DNA of 63,086 nt, counting the filler, from Reclinomonas americana ATCC 50394 (taxonomy: Eukaryota): the NCBI GenBank assembly GCA_048213135.1. It is 7 parts of 6 records of this genome, joined end to end, with 100 filler letters (N's around TTAATTAATTAA, not from the genome) between each part and the next. Parts side by side here need not be neighbours in the genome. Positions count along the whole stretch, not along the records: positions 19,406 to 31,259 come from PS015668.1; positions 31,360 to 39,042 come from PS015668.1; 5 more parts are not named here. One strand, written 5' to 3'. The translations under genes were made by a program, and so were the position numbers. The notes beneath the pieces are model-generated. The model worked only from the letters and a program-made list of their open reading frames with translations, was not told the origin of the DNA and searched no databases. Below, in pieces: positions 25,003-37,449 of this stretch (within the stretch, counting starts at the first letter, position 1; the number at the start of each line of letters is the position of its first letter).

Positions 25003-26402
25003 TCACATATGCGAGTCTGGCCATGGGTCTACGCTGCGCCGATACACGATGACCGCTGCCTCCTCGACAATGAAGCAGCGCAGTACCATCTCTGGCAGGC
25101 ACCGAGAGTCACCTTCGCCACCCGCAACCCGCTNNNNNNNNNNNNNNNNNNNNNNNNNNNNNNNNNNNNNNNNNNNNNNNNNNNNNNNNNNNNNNNNNNN
25201 NNNNNNNNNNNNNNNNNNNNNNNNNNNNNNNNNNNNNNNNNNNNNNNNNNNNNNNNNNNNNNNNNNNNNNNNNNNNNNNNNNNNNNNNNNNNNNNNNNNN
25301 NNNNNNNNNNNNNNNNNNNNNNNNNNNNNNNNNNNNNNNNNNNNNNNNNNNNNNNNNNNNNNNNNNNNNNNNNNNNNNNNNNNNNNNNNNNNNNNNNNNN
25401 NNNNNNNNNNNNNNNNNNNNNNNNNNNNNNNNNNNNNNNNNNNNNNNNNNNNNNNNNNNNNNNNNNNNNNNNNNNNNNNNNNNNNNNNNNNNNNNNNNNN
25501 NNNNNNNNNNNNNNNNNNNNNNNNNNNNNNNNNNNNNNNNNNNNNNNNNNNNNNNNNNNNNNNNNNNNNNNNNNNNNNNNNNNNNNNNNNNNNNNNNNNN
25601 NNNNNNNNNNNNNNNNNNNNNNNNNNNNNNNNNNNNNNNNNNNNNNNNNNNNNNNNNNNNNNNNNNNNNNNNNNNNNNNNNNNNNNNNNNNNNNNNNNNN
25701 NNNNNNNNNNNNNNNNNNNNNNNNNNNNNNNNNNNNNNNNNNNNNNNNNNNNNNNNNNNNNNNNNNNNNNNNNNNNNNNNNNNNNNNNNNNNNNNNNNNN
25801 NNNNNNNNNNNNNNNNNNNNNNNNNNNNNNNNNNNNNNNNNNNNNNNNNNNNNNNNNNNNNNNNNNNNNNNNNNNNNNNNNNNNNNNNNNNNNNNNNNNN
25901 NNNNNNNNNNNNNNNNNNNNNNNNNNNNNNNNNNNNNNNNNNNNNNNNNNNNNNNNNNNNNNNNNNNNNNNNNNNNNNNNNNNNNNNNNNNNNNNNNNNN
26001 NNNNNNNNNNNNNNNNNNNNNNNNNNNNNNNNNNNNNNNNNNNNNNNNNNNNNNNNNNNNNNNNNNNNCAGCGACAGTACAAACCTCTTGAGTGTGTCCC
26101 TCCAATCGTCGCACTTCCTCACCACTTTCCAACGACCACACACGCACTGTGTTGTCGTAACTGCCACTCACAACATGCCGACCATCGGGAGTGACAGCGA
26201 CAGATTCCACCAGCCCTGTGTGGCCCTCCAAGAGTTGCACTTCCTCGCCACTTGCCAGTGACCACATGCGCACAGTCTCATCGTGACTGCCACTGACGAT
26301 GTGCTGACCATCGGGAGTGATGGCGACAGACATCACCGGACCAGTATGCCCCACGAGGCACTTGGTGGCGAGGAGAGAGGGCTGTGAAGGAGCGAGAGAC
26401 AT
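25003..26402 (-). CDS. WD40-repeat protein, array copy 6 (middle in gap 25134-26068)
   Basis: Family N-terminus at 26402 and family tail ...SVDPWPDSHM* at 25003. Confidence 0.8.
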
Positions 26403-26633
26403 GGCGAAAGGAGTGTGCGTGCGCACTGAGAGAGGGAGGGAATTGATGCGGGACACTGACGCTTAGATACTGTAGTGTCGACGCTGTGAGCAGGCGTCTT
26501 TGTGGCAAAGCACGCTGCATGGTGCCAGAAGGGACCACATACAGCCTGCCAGATTGCTTCACTGGTGCACTTTTGCACGAAAAGTCACGACGGGAGAACG
26601 CAAAGAAAATAACAACACGTTCAAAGATGCGAC

Positions 26634-27707
26634 TCAGGGTCCGCTTCGGCGATACTCGACGACCGCTGCCTCCTCGACAATGAAGCAACGCAACACCATC
26701 TCTGGCAGGCACCGAGAGTCACCCGCAACCCTCTGCATCTCTCGCACAGCGAACATTGCCTCCCGGGCTGCGCGGAGTTCTTTTCGCGCAAGGCCGCACG
26801 GAGTGGACCACACGTGCACGGCATGGTCCTTGCCGCCGCTCACAACGTGCTCACCATCCGCGGTGACGGCGACAGATAGCATCACGCGGTCGTCGGCGCG
26901 TCTCTCCATCCGTACCACTTCTTCACCGCTCGCCAGTGACCACACTCGCACTGTTCCGTCCAAACTTCCACTGACAACGTGCTGCTCGTCGGAAGTAACG
27001 GCGAGAGAGGTAACCCATGCAGTGTGTCCTTTCAGCTGTCGCACCTCCTCGCCGCTCGCCAGTGACCACATCTGCACAATTCCGTCACCGCCACCGAGAA
27101 TGTGTTCGCCGTCGGGAGTGACAACGACCGTCACCACTGCTGCGTTGCGTCCATGTAGCCGTCGCACCTCCTCGCCACTCACAAGTGACCACACTCGTAC
27201 AGTGCTATCATTCCCACCACTCACAACAAACTCGCCATTGGGAGTGACGGTCACCGATCGCACCCAATCAGTGTGTCCCTCCAGTCGTCGCACTTCGTCT
27301 CCACTTGCCAGAGACCACACTCGCACTGTCTTCTCTATGCTGCAACTCATTATGTGCAGACCGTTTGGGGTGACAGCGATGAAGTGCACCCACCCAGCAC
27401 CTCCCTCAATCCGTCGCACCTCTTCTCCACTCTCCAGCAACCACACAAGCACTGTGTTATCTGCACTCCCGCTGATAATGTGCTTCCCATCAGGAACGAC
27501 AGCAACTGAGCATACCCATGCGGTGTGTCCCTCCAAACGCCGTACTTCTTCGCCACTTGCCAGTGACCACACACGCACGGTCTTGTCATAGCTGCCACTG
27601 ACGACGTGTCGGCCGTCGGGAGTGACGGCGACAGACATCACAGTACCAGTGTGCCCAAGCAGAGATTTGAAAGGGAGGAGAGAGGGACGGGAGGGAGCGA
27701 GAGACAT
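26634..27707 (-). CDS. WD40-repeat protein, array copy 7 (intact, 357 aa)
   Basis: Uninterrupted 7-WD ORF plus tail ...RCLPEMVLRCFIVEEAAVVEYRRSGP*. Confidence 0.92.
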   Translation of the reverse strand: MSLAPSRPSLLPFKSLLGHTGTVMSVAVTPDGRHVVSGSYDKTVRVWSLASGEEVRRLEGHTAWVCSVAVVPDGKHIISGSADNTVLVWLLESGEEVRRIEGGAGWVHFIAVTPNGLHIMSCSIEKTVRVWSLASGDEVRRLEGHTDWVRSVTVTPNGEFVVSGGNDSTVRVWSLVSGEEVRRLHGRNAAVVTVVVTPDGEHILGGGDGIVQMWSLASGEEVRQLKGHTAWVTSLAVTSDEQHVVSGSLDGTVRVWSLASGEEVVRMERRADDRVMLSVAVTADGEHVVSGGKDHAVHVWSTPCGLARKELRAAREAMFAVREMQRVAGDSRCLPEMVLRCFIVEEAAVVEYRRSGP

Positions 27708-27898
27708 GGTGAACGGAGTGTGTGCGTGCAAGTGGAAAGGACATAACGTGGGACACTGACGCATAGAGTCGACGCTGTGAGCAACTGCTCAAGTGTTGCC
27801 AGAAGGGAACATGCACGCCGCCAGACTCTGTCACAGCTGCAATTTTCACTTGACAATCCACGAGGGAGAACGCAAAGAAGAGAATCAAGACATTCACG

Positions 27899-28560
27899 TC
27901 ACAAATGCATGTCGGGGTCCACGCTGTACCGATACACGATGGCCTCGGCCTCCTCAACTATGAAGCAGCGCAGCACCATCTCTGGCAAGCATCGTGAGTC
28001 GCCATCTTCGAAGGTCAGTTGCATCTCCTGCACAGCGCGCTTCGCCACTCGCGCTGCGCGGAGCTCTTCGCGCGCGAGGCCGCACCGAGTGGACCAAACT
28101 CGAACGATCTTGTCTGCACCCGCACTCACTACGTGTTGACCGTCAGGAGTGACACTGACGCACCAAACCCTGCCGGTGTGCCCCTCCATCCGTCGCACTT
28201 CTTCTCCACTCGCTAGTGACCACACTCGCACTGTGCCGTCCCAACTCGCGCTGACAACGTGCCGCTCGTCGGGAGTGACGGCGAGTGATGTCACCCATTC
28301 GCTGTGCCCTTTCAGCTCTCGCACGTCCTCGCCGCTCGCCAGCGACCACATGTTCACTCTTCCATTGCCGCCACCACTCAGAATGTGCTCACCGTCGGGA
28401 GTGACAACAACCGTCAGTACTGCAATGCGCATCTCCAATCGGCGTATCTCCTCGCCACTCGCGAGTGACCACACTCGCACACTGCCATCATTGCTACCAC
28501 TGACAATGAACTCACCAGTGGGAGAGACAGCCACAGACCGCACCCAGAAAGTGTGCCCTT
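27899..28560 (-). CDS. WD40-repeat protein, array copy 8 (5' part in gap)
   Basis: WD repeats 4-7 plus tail ...YRYSVDPDMHL*; the family upstream spacer is present at 28694-28860. Confidence 0.82.
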
Positions 28561-28869
28561 NNNNNNNNNNNNNNNNNNNNNNNNNNNNNNNNNNNNNNNN
28601 NNNNNNNNNNNNNNNNNNNNNNNNNNNNNNNNNNNNNNNNNNNNNNNNNNNNNNNNNNNNNNNNNNNNNNNNNNNNNNNNNNNNNNNNNNNNNAATAGAA
28701 ACGAAGGTGATTTTATGGGACACGGACGCATTGTGTCGACGCTGTGAGCAATTGCTCGAGTGTTGCCAGAAGGGAGCATGCATCCTGCCAGACTCCGTCA
28801 CAACTGCATTTTACTTCACAAGCCACCACAAGAGAACAAAAAGAAAGAATCAAGACACTCACTTATTGT

Positions 28870-29949
28870 TCATGGGTCTACGCTGCGCATGCGCCGATAC
28901 ACGATGACCTCGGCATCCTCGACAATGAAGCAGCGCAGCACCATCTCTGACAGGCATCGAGAGTCGCCATCTTCGAAGGCCAGCTGCATCTCCTGCACAG
29001 CGCACATCGCCGCTCTCGCTGTGTGGAGCTCTTCTCGCGCGAGGCCGTACGGAGTGGACCACACTCGCACGGCGTTGTCCTTGCCGCAGCTCACGACGTG
29101 CTCACCATCGGGAGTGACAGCCACACACCACACCTGGCTGGTGTGCCCCTCCATCCGCCAGACTTCTTCACCGCTCGACAGTGACCACACTCGCACTGTG
29201 GTGTCCCAACTCGCACTCACCACGTGCCGCTCGTCGGGAGTGATGGCGAGTGATGTCACCCACGTAGTGTGTCCTTTCAGCTGTTGAACCTCCTCGCCGG
29301 TCGCCAGCGACCACATTTGCACGATTCCGTCACCTCCTCCACTCAGAATATGTTGACCGTCAGGAGTGACTACAACCGTCAGCACAGCTACAGTGGGTAG
29401 CCGTCGCACCTCCTCCCCACTCGCGAGTGACCACACTCGTACAGTGCGATCATTGCCGCCACTCACTACGAACTCACCAGTGGGAGTGACGGCGACAGAC
29501 CTCACCCATTCAGTGTGCCCCTCCAGTCGTCGCACCTCCTCTCCACTTGCCAAAGACCACACACGCACAGTCTTGTCACTGCCTCCACTTACAACGTGTT
29601 GACCGTCGGGAGCGAAGGCAACGGACCACGCCGAACCAGTGTGTCCCTCCAATCGTCGCACTTCTACTCCACTCATCTCCAGCAACCACACAATGGCTGA
29701 GTCGCGGCAGCAGATCACGATGTGCTTCCCGTCAGGAGCGACGGCGACAGATTCCACCCAGGAAGTGTGGCCCTCGAAGCGTCGCACTTCCTCGCCACTT
29801 GCCAGCGACCACACACGCACGGTGTTGTCATAGCTGCCACTGACGACGTGTCGGTCATCAGGAGTGACGGCGACAGACATCACCGTACCAGTGTGCCCAA
29901 GCAGAGATTTGAAAGGGAGGAGAGAGGAACGAGAAGGAGCGAGAGACAT
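28870..29949 (-). CDS. WD40-repeat protein, array copy 9 (intact, 359 aa)
   Basis: Uninterrupted 7-WD ORF; tail variant RCLSEMVLRCFIVEDAEVIVYRRMRSVDP*. Confidence 0.9.
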   Translation of the reverse strand: MSLAPSRSSLLPFKSLLGHTGTVMSVAVTPDDRHVVSGSYDNTVRVWSLASGEEVRRFEGHTSWVESVAVAPDGKHIVICCRDSAIVWLLEMSGVEVRRLEGHTGSAWSVAFAPDGQHVVSGGSDKTVRVWSLASGEEVRRLEGHTEWVRSVAVTPTGEFVVSGGNDRTVRVWSLASGEEVRRLPTVAVLTVVVTPDGQHILSGGGDGIVQMWSLATGEEVQQLKGHTTWVTSLAITPDERHVVSASWDTTVRVWSLSSGEEVWRMEGHTSQVWCVAVTPDGEHVVSCGKDNAVRVWSTPYGLAREELHTARAAMCAVQEMQLAFEDGDSRCLSEMVLRCFIVEDAEVIVYRRMRSVDP

Positions 29950-30142
29950 GGTGAACGGAGTGGCGGCAAGTGGAAAGGCCTTTTCACGCGGGACGCGGAC
30001 GCCTTGTCGACGCTGTGAGAGGTGATCCTGGTGTAGCCAGAAGGGAGCACGTACACCCTGCCAGACTCCATCCCAACTGCAATTTACCTTCACAATCCAC
30101 GAGGGAGAACGCGAAAAAAAGAGAAAAAGGTCTCACATATCA

Positions 30143-30262
30143 TTAAATCGACTCCGGGTGCACGGTGCGCCGATGCACGATGGCCTCAGCCTCCTCGCCG
30201 ACGAAGCGGGCATCGAGGGTCTCCTTCCCCCAGTGATTGCACCCATCGCCTCTCTGCGCTCG
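30143..30262 (-). pseudogene. Degenerate remnant of the WD40-family C-terminal tail
   Basis: Frameshifted matches REAMGA... and RFVGEEAEAIVHRRTVHPESI*, located where the previous array unit's tail is expected. Confidence 0.6.
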
Positions 30263-30303
30263 CACACTGTCTGTCTGTTCGTGATACAGCCACTGCGGGA
30301 TGA

Positions 30304-30600
30304 TCATCTCATCATGGACATGCGCCTTTTCGCTCCCACTACTCCATGCAACGATCTCCCATCATACGCAAACGGATTGTCGCTGGCCTGGCGAATCTTG
30401 GCTCGCCACAAAGCCACGAGACCAACCGTCACCGCCACGGTCAGTGCCATTGTCGACCACAGTGAGGCGGTGTCACTTTTGGCCAGCGCCGCAAATCGCT
30501 CGCGTAGCCACTCCCACGGACGCAGCACGAGTTCGTGCAGTCGATCGACCACCAACCACGAGGTGGTGGAGGGCAAGTGGCGAGCGATGGCGTGCATCAC
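30304..30600 (-). CDS. Small hypothetical protein or exon with one hydrophobic (TM-like) segment
   Basis: 98-aa ORF containing LWSTMALTVAVTVGLVALW; protein-like composition only. Confidence 0.35.
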   Translation of the reverse strand: MMHAIARHLPSTTSWLVVDRLHELVLRPWEWLRERFAALAKSDTASLWSTMALTVAVTVGLVALWRAKIRQASDNPFAYDGRSLHGVVGAKRRMSMMR

Positions 30601-31372
30601 GTCGACGAGAGAGGAGAGCAGGCCTGTGCGTATGACGGGAAGTGAGAGGTGGAAAGACGCACGAGGGTGGGGAGAAAGAGGACGAGCGAAGAGAAAAGTG
30701 ACGGGTCAAGGGCGTGACGAACACAGGTAGATCTCTTAAACTTGCTGACAGATAAAAACACAGAGGCAGACACGGGAAAAGAAGAGAAAAGAAGAAGAAA
30801 AGCGCCTCCCTCTCTGGTTGCGCTGCAAGAGGGAACAAAGAATGGCAGTGCTCATCTTTCCCAACAGCCGACTGCAAGGCAGTGTCGTGCAGATGAGAAG
30901 CGCTGCCTTTTTCCTCTTCTCCTTCTCTCCCTTTCTCGTTGCGTTTGTGTGAGCTTCAACATGTCACAGCAACTCTAGAGAAATCGTTCTTCCTCGCTTC
31001 CTCTCTCAGTGATACGCAGGGAGGCAGTATGGAGAGACGAAGAGGCAAAGCTTCTCTCTCTAGTTCCTCTCTCTCTCTCTCTCTCTGTGCACGGGTACAG
31101 GAAGGAACAAAAAAACGAGAAAGCTCTTACGGTGAAGAAGCTCTTCTTTCTCTCTCGCTTCCTCTCCAAGTGATGCACAGAGAGAAGGATCGATAATGCT
31201 CCTCTCTCGCTTCCACAAGGAAACAAAGAACAGCATCGCTCTTCTTTCTCTCACTGATGNNNNNNNNNNNNNNNNNNNNNNNNNNNNNNNNNNNNNNNNN
31301 NNNTTAATTAATTAANNNNNNNNNNNNNNNNNNNNNNNNNNNNNNNNNNNNNNNNNNNNAACGGACGTCCTC

Positions 31373-31423
<51 letters not shown>

Positions 31424-31611
31424 TCTCCGTAAGCACCATCACTGATTCCTCGTTCAATCACTCTCACCCATCACTTCCTCTCACTGCACTGCCTCACTCT
31501 GCCTCTCACACATTCTCTCTCACTCTTTCTCTCTCCCTCCCTCCCTCTCTTTGAAAAACAGGTGACGCGCTCTTTCCTTTTCCCTCTCCCCTCGCATTCC
31601 CTCCTCCTCAC

Positions 31612-31845
31612 TCAACGATACCCCACCGCCCGCACGCGCTCCACCACCAGTTGCACACGTCGCACCACACGCGTCACTGCCCTCTCACGCGCCTCCACCA
31701 ACTGCACGAAATCACTGTTGCCACTGCTGCGCACTCTCTGCTCCTGTTCTTGTTGTTGTTGTTGTTGCCTTTGAGCAGGCTGTGCATCGGTAAACGCACG
31801 AACAGAGTCGGCGGTGCGCGCTGCTGCAATGATCAACGCGTCCAT
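31612..31845 (-). CDS. Possible short coding exon (poly-Q, helical)
   Basis: 77-aa ORF MDALIIAAARTADSVRAF...; no recognisable homology. Confidence 0.25.
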   Translation of the reverse strand: MDALIIAAARTADSVRAFTDAQPAQRQQQQQQEQEQRVRSSGNSDFVQLVEARERAVTRVVRRVQLVVERVRAVGYR

Positions 31846-32537
31846 AATGAAGACAAGGAATGAGTTGTCCTCTGACTTCCCTAACTTCTACGTAGTTCTA
31901 TGCACCATGTGGACTCAACACTTGCACTCATGAGCACGAGCGTTGCTCCTTGGTATCTGCATCTCTCTCGACGCTGCACGTGCGAAGCATGGCCAAAAAC
32001 AAGAACCGAGCAGGCGAGGCAACAAAAAAACATCGATATCGATATCCCTTGCCGATCGCGACAATGCCCTTGACACACCAACCATGTACAAGACACACAG
32101 TTACTCTTCTCCAACAGTCATCTTCCCTTTCATGAGGCAAATCGCTAGTTACCGATTGGTATACTTAGGTTTCCAGAGTGAGAAACGACCAGGAACCACC
32201 AATGCCTTTCAGTTGTCCTGTTCGTTTTCACTCTTCTATGGCTCTTGGAGCCACCCTGCCCACCCAGACTAGTGTTGGCCTCATGATCAAAAGAATTTCG
32301 TAGCGCAAATAATGTGCTCAAAAGCAGTACCGCACGGTTGTGTGAGTACAACATGCACTGGGATCGTCGCAAAGTCTCGCAACAGATTCCATTCATTCAC
32401 CAACAAGCGCGCAGCGCAACAATTCTGTTGATGACAATACATGAACACAGAACATACAATTGCAACATCTGTTGCAGCATGATCAGCACCGTACGCTTGT
32501 CTCTCAAAGAAGCAATTCACATGCGCTCCTCACCACC

Positions 32538-35500
32538 TCAGAACCAGTTGCGCCGATGCGGATTCAGTTGGCGCTGCATCTGTCGCAAGTAGCGATTGGA
32601 TTGCATCATGATGCCAAGGAATACGTCCAAGTCCACCACTTCCAGAATCCTCAGCTGATGATGGTGGTGGTGATGGTGAGGATGCGGCGGTATCAGCGGC
32701 GGCATCGGCGGCAGCTGTAGCCGCTGCTCTTCCTCCTCCTCTTCCTCGTCGTCATCTGCGCGCACACACACACAACGACAATGACGCACTGCAAGCACAA
32801 CAACCATGTACATCGAAACGAGTGTCCGCCACGCACCACCAAAGTCGCTGACAAACCACGCGTTAACGTCCCACTCATCGCTGTATTCCGGCGGGGTGTT
32901 GATTGCACGAACAACCAAATTGGGGTTCTCAATCTGCATCGTCCTGGCGAGCTTCGCCAACTGCCGAGCTGTACCCAAACAAATGCGTTCAGCACGCTCT
33001 GCAGTCACAGCGGATCGGACCAAAGACGACATGAATACCGTTGCTGCCTTGCAGACTGGCGACATCCGACGACGCCACGAGCTCCAACGGTCCACCGCGA
33101 TACCTGTCCTTCATGCCCTGCAGGAACTTGGTGGTGGCCGGCACAGATCCGACCGGCGTCAACTGCAGGCGGCGCAGACTGTGTTGCCCGCAGCAGATCA
33201 TCTGCGCCATATAATCCGCCTCCGGCTTCTCCAGCGCTACGACGTTGAACATCACGAGCTCTTCCAGCGTCAAGTTGCCATCGAGTTTCTCAAAGAATTC
33301 TGTTACATGGACGAGCGCGCGGTATGTGAACGGAGATGGAGGGGGGAGATGTGGACAGTTGGCGCACAAAGCACACTCACCAAGCACGCGGCGATCAGGT
33401 ACCTCGGTACCAATGCGAGCTGTGAACAGCAACGCCCCAGTTTGTTTGCTTAAGCGGGAGCGAGGAAAGGTGACAGAAAGAGACAAAACAAGTGCACCTG
33501 CAAACGCAAAGCGTCGAAGAGCATTCGACCTGACGACGGCCATGAACAGCGCGTACAGGTCATCGAGGTTCGATCCGCGCTCCCAGTCTGGATTCGCCGA
33601 GTGGGTAAGCAGGTGCATCGGCAGACGAATGCAGCAATTGTTGCACTCACCAAGGACTTCGAAATCCTTCAGCACCACCCCGCTCTTCGAGCCGCGGCGA
33701 AGTGCATTCGGGAGCAAAAATTGACGACTGCCGTAATCACACACCCATATATGAGAATATATGATCAAGAGAAACAAAACGAGTGCAGTACACACACAAC
33801 TTTCGATCCCGCGCGGAAAACGCATCGTGAGCTAGGTGAGGGGGGTGGGATCGGCGAATGAGTATCAGCAAGCACACGTTGTTCACGCTGCGCTCGCAAC
33901 TGTCAACAGAGGCCAAGGTGAGCTTCTCCAGTCGAGGGGCGGTCAGCAGGCGCTTCAGGACATCGAACGAGATCTCGCCGCCCTCCACGGTGAACTTGGT
34001 GATGCTTGGGTGCGTGGCCACCACATTGGCCAGCGACTGCGGCCACGAGGTGTCCAAGTCGACGGCGACGTAGAGCGAGCGGAGTGTNNNNNNNNNNNNN
34101 NNNNNNNNNNNNNNNNNNNNNNNNNNNNNNNNNNNNNNNNNNNNNNNNNNNNNNNNNNNNNNNNNNNNNNNNNNNNNNNNNNNNNNNNNNNNNNNNNNNN
34201 NNNNNNNNNNNNNNNNNNNNNNNNNNNNNNNNNNNNNNNNNNNNNNNNNNNNNNNNNNNNNNNNNNNNNNNNNNNNNNNNNNNNNNNNNNNNNNNNNNNN
34301 NNNNNNNNNNNNNNNNNNNNNNNNNNNNNNNNNNNNNNNNNNNNNNNNNNNNNNNNNNNNNNNNNNNNNNNNNNNNNNNNNNNNNNNNNNNNNNNNNNNN
34401 NNNNNNNNNNNNNNNNNNNNNNNNNNNNNNNNNNNNNNNNNNNNNNNNNNNNNNNNNNNNNNNNNNNNNNNNNNNNNNNNNNNNNNNNNNNNNNNNNNNN
34501 NNNNNNNNNNNNNNNNNNNNNNNNNNNNNNNNNNNNNNNNNNNNNNNNNNNNNNNNNNNNNNNNNNNNNNNNNNNNNNNNNNNNNNNNNNNNNNNNNNNN
34601 NNNNNNNNNNNNNNNNNNNNNNNNNNNNNNNNNNNNNNNNNNNNNNNNNNNNNNNNNNNNNNNNNNNNNNNNNNNNNNNNNNNNNNNNNNNNNNNNNNNN
34701 NNNNNNNNNNNNNNNNNNNNNATCGCAGTGGTGAATGGCGTCGACAAGGAGCTCGGCGCCGTCAACCGGGAATGGCTGCAAAGAGGGGAAGGGGGAAGTG
34801 GGGAAGGGGGGGAGGGGGGAAAGGGGAAAGGGGGGAAAGGGGGATAGACGGAATGGAAAGACGGAATGGGGGTAAGACAGAAGTGGAAGACAGAAGGCGA
34901 GAAGACAGAAGGGGAGAAGACAAAAGGGGAGGACGGAAGGAAGAAGTCACAAGGGGACAGGACGGAAAGGCTGAAGGGAAGCGGGGAAGGGGGAGAAGCG
35001 GAAAAGAGGGAAGGGGAGAAAAGAGGGAAGGGGAGAAGGGGGAAGGGAGAAGGAAGAAGGGAGAAGGGGGAAGGGGGAAGACAGAAGGAGAAGACAGAAG
35101 GGGGAAAGACAGAAGGGGGAGACGGAAGGAGGAGGACGGAAGAGGAGAAGACGGAAGGGGAGAAGACGGAAGGGGGAAGACGAAGGGGGAAGTGGGAAGA
35201 GGAGAAAGGGGGAAGGGGAGAAGGGGGAAGGGAGAAGACAGAAGGGGGAAGACAGAAGGGGGGAAGACAGAAGGGGGAAGACAGAAGGGGGAAGACGGAA
35301 GGGGAAGAGGGAAAGGGGAAGGGGAAAGGGGGAAGGGGGCAAGACGGAAGGGTGGGAAGACGGAAGGGAGAAGGTGGAAAGGGGGAAGCGGGAATGGGGG
35401 GAAAGGGGGAAGGGGGAAGGGACGGTGAGGAGAAAGGGGGGAGACGGGAAGTGAGAAGATAGAAGGGAGGGAAGACGGAAGGGAAGACGGAAGGGAAGAC

Positions 35501-37098
35501 GGAAGGGAAGACGGAAGGAGGGAAGACGAAAGGAGAGAAGACGTAAAGAGGGAAGACGGAAGGAGGGAAGACGTAAAGGGAGGAAGATGGACAGCGGTAA
35601 GACGGAAAGGGAAGACGGAAAAGAAAAGTGAGAGTGACCAAGCAAGACTGCAGCATGGGTCAGGAGGAAGGTGAGATAGGGAAATACCAGGAACGCAATA
35701 TCTGCATCGCTGTACTAATCAATCCCCCACCATCCCCTCCCTGCACCATCGACCACATCACGCACCGCGATCGAAAGCGTCGTCAGCTTGCAGCCTACTG
35801 AGAGGTAATCGCACAAATCGTCAACCATTTCCGATGACAAATCCCAGCCTGCGACAAAACATCAATTATTACGAGACAGCCCCCCACATTTTTCCCTCCT
35901 ATGGCACGACCACCAGCACTCACGTGTCAAGTGCAGCTCCTCCAGATTCGGCAGTGACAGCGTGGTCGACAACATCGACGAGTACAACCCTTCTTCATCA
36001 TCCTCGGCACCTCCGGGCACATTCTGGTCACACAGCGCATCGGTGGATGTCACAACACAGCGAGTGCCGTGGGCATCATGATGGGCAGAGAAACGCACCG
36101 CAACACGCAATGAACGCAGGTGTGGCACAGCGCGGAGGAACTCGATCCAAGGCGCACATTCGCGACGCTCGCCAAATGCCTCAGGAGGCTCCAAGAGCGA
36201 GAATGTCTCCAGTTTGCCGAGCAGGCTCGCTCGAATCGTCAAGTACCGCAGCACGTCGTTTGTGTCCACGGAAGAGATTCCTGGATGGGGAGAGGCGGTT
36301 GAGGGAGTCGGTCACAATGTACGGTGATACGAAGACACGAAGACGCGAACCCCACAGCCGGAGCTCGCGCAGTCGCCGCCAGAAGGCATCATCAGTTTGC
36401 GACGTGAGCGCGTCAAGCAGCTCAGATCCATCCAACACTCCCTGTGGAGGAGACGTGAGTCTCAAAGTGATAAAAAAAAAAAAGAGTTGTGGATTGATAG
36501 CACGGAACAAGATCGAGACGCTCGAGTCGAGGCAAACGAGCGGCCACTGTCACCAGTTCCACTCCCTCGCCAGTCGGCATGTCTCGCACTGCAATCGCAC
36601 TTCGTGAGCGCTCAGGTCGCAAGTCGCTAATGCTCACACGGTGCACGCACTTCGCAGGCAGTGCAGATTCGGCAGCGTGTCGAGGATCCGGGCCATGACT
36701 TCGGTCGGGCAGTTCTCGGCTGGAATAACAAACTCGTACATGGCCTCCTCGAAAAGGTAGCAGATCTGCTGCGAGGTGCGCCACAGACGCTGGAACTCGT
36801 ACTGGTCCAGGAACGACAGGCACTCCTGGACCATTTCTGGCGGGAGCTGTGGGGCGAATGAGGTGGGCGAGAGATCGAGAAGCGCGAGAAACTGGACACG
36901 CTGACCTTGTCCAGCAGACTGAGACGCTGACCACGCGCGGCTGTAGACGACGATGACGACGATGGCTGTAGGATATGTGAGGGACGATGACGAAGAAGAG
37001 ATCCACGTGCTTCGGTCGGCATTCACCCGCGACGATGGCCCAGCTGAAGAAGCCAATCCGGGAACATTGCGCAGCCACGAACGCTGCGACTCGGTCAT
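32538..37098 (-). CDS. F-box / leucine-rich-repeat (RNI-like) protein, multi-exon, gap 34088-34721
   Basis: F-box QLPPEMVQECLSFLDQYEFQRLWRTSQQI at ~36760-36850; repeated LxxLxL motifs (LPRLERLDL, LRELRL, LRSLRV, LEELHL, LRSLYV, LEKLTL, LEELVM, LRRLQL); acidic and His-rich tail ending ...NWF* at 32538. Confidence 0.8.
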
Positions 37099-37449
37099 GC
37101 GTGGCGATGGGTCCTGGATGATCTTAACAATGAGACGCAAAATGCACAGCCTCGCGTGGGATGACAAATGAACACGCACAATGGGTGGGCGGCTGACTGG
37201 ACGCAGCACCGTCTTGGACTGCAATGTACGCGCACAATCAGTGGGTTGACGACTGAACAAGGGTGCAACGCGAAAGCATGCAAACCTGCGTGGATGGCGG
37301 CGCACTCGGCTGTGAAGCGAAGAAATCGTGAGTGTACCAGCCACCTCACAAATGCACACGCAAGGAGTAAATACCGCGGCTGCAGTGGACACCGGTTGCT
37401 GCCAGCAGCGAGAAAAAGTGTGAGCCAAAGAATGTGTGAACTTGCAACA

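Noticed and set aside
23797..29287. Long plus-strand ORFs with TSSPLASDHTRTV repeats
   Set aside because: They are antisense shadows of the WD40 genes.
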